64,000 nucleotides of DNA from Lepidodermella squamata (Eukaryota > Animalia > Gastrotricha): positions 3,348,001-3,412,000 of the forward strand of contig JBLDXI010000032.1 of the NCBI GenBank assembly GCA_047495785.1, written 5' to 3'. Shown in pieces: positions 60,801 to 64,000 of the stretch. The translations under genes were made by a program, and so were the position numbers. Below the pieces are notes generated by a model that saw only the letters and a list, made by a program, of their open reading frames with translations, was not told the DNA's origin and searched no databases. Within the stretch, counting starts at the first letter, position 1, and the number at the start of each line of letters is the position of its first letter.

Positions 60801-62989
60801 GTTCTTCTGCTTGCCCGCAACTCTGAATATGAAAGCAAAGGCGGAAATGCGAAGACTCCGACTCGACAAGAAGACTAAACAGGACGATGATTTCTTGTTC
60901 GAGCTAGCTGTTCGAGACATCTTTCTCTTGATGTTACTGCTTTCGAGGGATGAATTCGCTGTTGCTGTCTGGAGCACAGCTCAAACTGGTGATTTTCTCG
61001 GAACATGCGTTATGGCTGTCCTTTTCCTGGAGAAGCTAGCCAATGCCGCAGACGGCATTCGAAGGCGAGACTTGTACGACGACTACAAGGAAATGGCCGA
61101 GTTTGTTTACGATATTTGATAACAGATGAATTGTTTTAATTTTGAATGAATTATATAGGAAATGGGAACAACGAGCTTTGGCCATAATTCAAAGCTTGTC
61201 CGAAAGCCAATCTCAACGGTTGGGCATCCTATTAACACGGAGCTTGCGTACTTGGCATGGTGCCAATATTCTTCAAATGGCATTTCATGGCGACCGCCTC
61301 AGTATCATGTCTCATTCTGCAGTTCAAATTGAGCTGGAAAAAGTTTGGAAGGGTGTTTCAATGGAACAAGAGGCGGCCGTTAAGCCGTCGAAGAAGCGGA
61401 CACTGAAGAATATCGTTACGGCTGTCACAGGTTTTCGAGCAGCACTCAAAGCTCCTTCGACACTGTCCCATCGTGGCACCAGTGCTGCTCATGTCAAACC
61501 TGTGGTGAAGACTCACGATGTGGAGACGGGAAATGCATGCTTGTGCTGCCGAACTGCTACAGTCAATCCATGGACTCAAAAGCAACAAATTAACCAGCCC
61601 CAACAGCAGTCGGACGAAGACAAAAAGACCGCGGAATCTGTTGCGTTGTTCTACCGAACCAGCCCTCGTGTCAAGTTCACGTTCTTTGCGTTTGCTCTCC
61701 TCATCTACCTGTTTGTCTTATTCGGAGACGTCATTTACATCACCCACGAACCGCAGATTTGCCGAGTTGGACCAAGTTGGCAAATGATCTACATTTGGGT
61801 TAGCACGCTAATGTTTGTTGCCGATGCGTTCCACGAAATTCGCATTTTTGACCGAATATCATGGGACAATGGCACTACTTTGATAGGAGCCGTGCTTATG
61901 TTCGTATCCTTCATCCTGAGACTGATCTGCTACAACGTGAGTGGCGACGTAGACCCGCTTGTGTTCAGCTTCTCCAGGATTTTATACGCCATATCCAGCA
62001 TCTTCTTGTGGTTCAAATGTTTCCGTCTGCTTTTTGTGTTCAAAAAAATTGGCCCGATGGTTTTGACGTTATTTGAAATGGTAAAACTATCCTGAATTTT
62101 TTCAATCTAATTTCCAAACGAGTATCTTTGTTACAGTTCAATGACGTCATATTTTTCGCAATTCTACATTTCATCATTTTGTTTGCATTCGCCGGTCCAA
62201 TCTATGGGTTATCAGCCATGCCGCTGAATCGCGATGGTCACGGCAACACGGACGAATACTTTGCGCTAATGGCCAGTGTTATCTACGATCGATGGTGGAA
62301 CATAGTCGGCATATCCCTCGATAGATCCACCAGTTTGGGCGAGACATGCGAAAACGTCATTTCCCCAACAAAAGCCTTCGAAAAAGAGCCCGATAATACT
62401 TCCAATTCAACCGGTGTCAATGACACAAACACTTCATTTTTCGCTTTGATGACTACAACCGCTGCCCCGACAGAGGCAAGTGGGAGCTGCGACTACAGGA
62501 GCGTTGTATCGAGCATCTTGTTAATGGCCTTCCTCTTGCTCACCAATATAGTTCTGCTGAATATGTTAATCGCTAGTTTCAGTTTTACAATTAGCGAGTA
62601 TCAAGGCAAAGCCGAGGAGTTGTGGAAATTCGGCCGATATCACTTGATCCGCAGTTTCGCTGAAAAGCCAGTCATGCCTCCACCTCTGAATATTTTCGAG
62701 CTGATTTTCTTCAACTCTAACGTTTTCGGACGATGCATTCCTCATAAATGGAGCACGAGCTTGGGTGAGAAAATGAAAGTAATGAACAAGCCATATTATT
62801 GAAATATTTGAATTTTTAGAAACTCATTTTATTGGTGAGTCAGATAGCTTTGATCCTGATCTAACAGGGCGAACAGGTGAACAGGGCGATGAGAGCACTT
62901 GGGTCAACAAACGCGAGCTGTCCAAATTCCGATACCGCGAGCTGAATTGTATCGAAAAAACTGCTGCCTCGAAAATTTTGTTAGAATAA
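57823..62989 (+). CDS. TRPM: TRPM-family channel, paralog 5, with two tandem SLOG/MHR1-2 domains and a truncated C-terminus
   Basis: ATG 57823 splices in frame to 57916. One ~3.2-kb exon holds SLOG-1 (EVTGSS, ISGGGDGGAMR, LNMDHSCFILVD), CKCGR, SLOG-2 (IAGGTNTGVMK, LNPGYNHYILVD, GGGPGTL) and MHR3-4. Pore YDRWWNIVGISLD, TRP box WKFGR; stop at 62987-62989. Confidence 0.92.
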
Positions 62990-63264
62990 TTCAGGGTCAT
63001 TAACGTTCGTCAAGTGCTTCTTGCGCATCTGTCTATCATAACTATTTTGTAAACAAAAATCAGCATGAAATTAATAAAGCTCGATTTTTTTTTAACCCGA
63101 TGCAAGAATTTATCAGAATGGCTGATTTTGTTGTTAAAATCTAGAGATTTACATTTTACTCAAAAATTGCCACCGTCAAAATTACCGGGTTGCCTTTCAA
63201 CTTATTTTTAATCTTTTTGCGCCCGGGAGCTCCCTAACCGCTTGGTTGAGAGTGCGCGCTTTCC

Positions 63265-63700
63265 TTAACCCTTTCCGTGCCGACGTTTTCTCGTCGAGAA
63301 TTTATTCTCTGCAGACAATCAAGCCTTTTCATTAGCTATTTGTATTTCGCAGGTGAAATTCGGTTTTCGGCTTTTGCAATTGTTTACTTAAGCTAGATTC
63401 ACAAATTGCAAAATGTTCGCCGGGCAGAGTGTTCGCCGCGAACAAACGCTTCAGTGCGGCGAACAGATCGTAATCAGGGCGAACAGGGCAAATGTTCGCC
63501 AAAACTGTTCACAAATTCGGTGTGTTCACCGCACTCGCGCGCGACGGAGAACAATGGGCGCGCGCACCGAAACGCACAAAATTTGTTCGCGGCGAACAAA
63601 TTCGTGGATAGAAACGGTTTCTATTTGCAAATGTTCGTCGCTATTGTTCGCCGCGCAGTAAAATGTTCGCCGAAAACTGACCAGGGTGAATACAGTTTTT
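63265..63700. repeat. Possible transposon end (TTAA-CCCTTT) followed by a cluster of TGTTCGCC/GCGAACA short inverted motifs
   Basis: TTAACCCTTT at 63265. About 10 copies of tgttcgc or gcgaaca in both orientations between 63410 and 63670. No partner end seen. Confidence 0.45.
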
Positions 63701-63953
63701 TCTCAATTCTACAAATTTTCGATTTTTGTTGTCATATCTTTATTCACGTCACAATTTGGAATATAAACATATATAATTGTATAGGGATCAGGCTCACCCA
63801 TGTGAAAAATTACTGCGAAAATATGTATGACCGGAGAGGCAATATAGGATGAATATTTCACAAGGTCTTCTAAATCTAATTTGATCATTGAATGTAAATT
63901 TGATGTAAATTTGATCATTTTATTGCGTTAATCCCCAATAAAACAGGACTTGG

Positions 63954-63988
63954 GTTGCCCAGCAACCGCAAACTAAGGTCACGTGAGC
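63954..63988. promoter_or_regulatory. X-box-like GTTGCCCAGCAAC plus E-box GTCACGTGAG, probable promoter of a gene beyond the window
   Basis: Near-palindromic RFX-type site adjacent to CACGTG, at the start of a GC-richer stretch at the window end. Confidence 0.35.
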
Positions 63989-64000
63989 TGCCGCGGTAGC

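Noticed and set aside
63406-63852. 148-aa ORF and a CRISPR-like appearance of the short repeats
   Set aside because: Motifs are 7-8 bp, irregularly spaced and in both orientations, in a eukaryotic context; the ORF is a by-product of the repeat.

Overview
Eukaryotic (invertebrate animal-type) DNA from a compact genome with mostly 45-60 nt GT-AG introns; no prokaryotic features, rRNA, tRNA or CRISPR were seen. The window holds five divergent TRPM-family channel genes. Three have a single N-terminal SLOG/MHR1-2 domain (1-16.7 kb). Two have a tandemly DUPLICATED SLOG/MHR1-2 domain and a truncated C-terminus (51.9-63 kb). Also present: an intronless SDR, a Tudor-like(DUF4537-like)/clathrin-heavy-chain-fragment fusion gene, a trimmed UPF1 paralog, two tandem ceramide-kinase-like genes, a CUB/LDLa trypsin protease, a four-member cluster of unrecognised secreted proteins (one pseudogene), a small ankyrin gene with a transposon-filled intron, a near-intact Jockey/I-like LINE and several MITE-like inverted repeats. 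Between the two TRPM groups lies a single-pass receptor: C-type lectin with an inserted WSC domain, a second C-type lectin, a mucin stalk, a TM helix and a TIR domain that keeps the catalytic-position Glu. The most striking candidate system is this lectin-TIR receptor together with the expanded SLOG-bearing TRPM channels, which recalls the TIR-to-SLOG nucleotide signalling of bacterial Thoeris; that functional link is inference only. All family assignments come from motif recognition by eye, and gene models were spliced by hand, not by database search.
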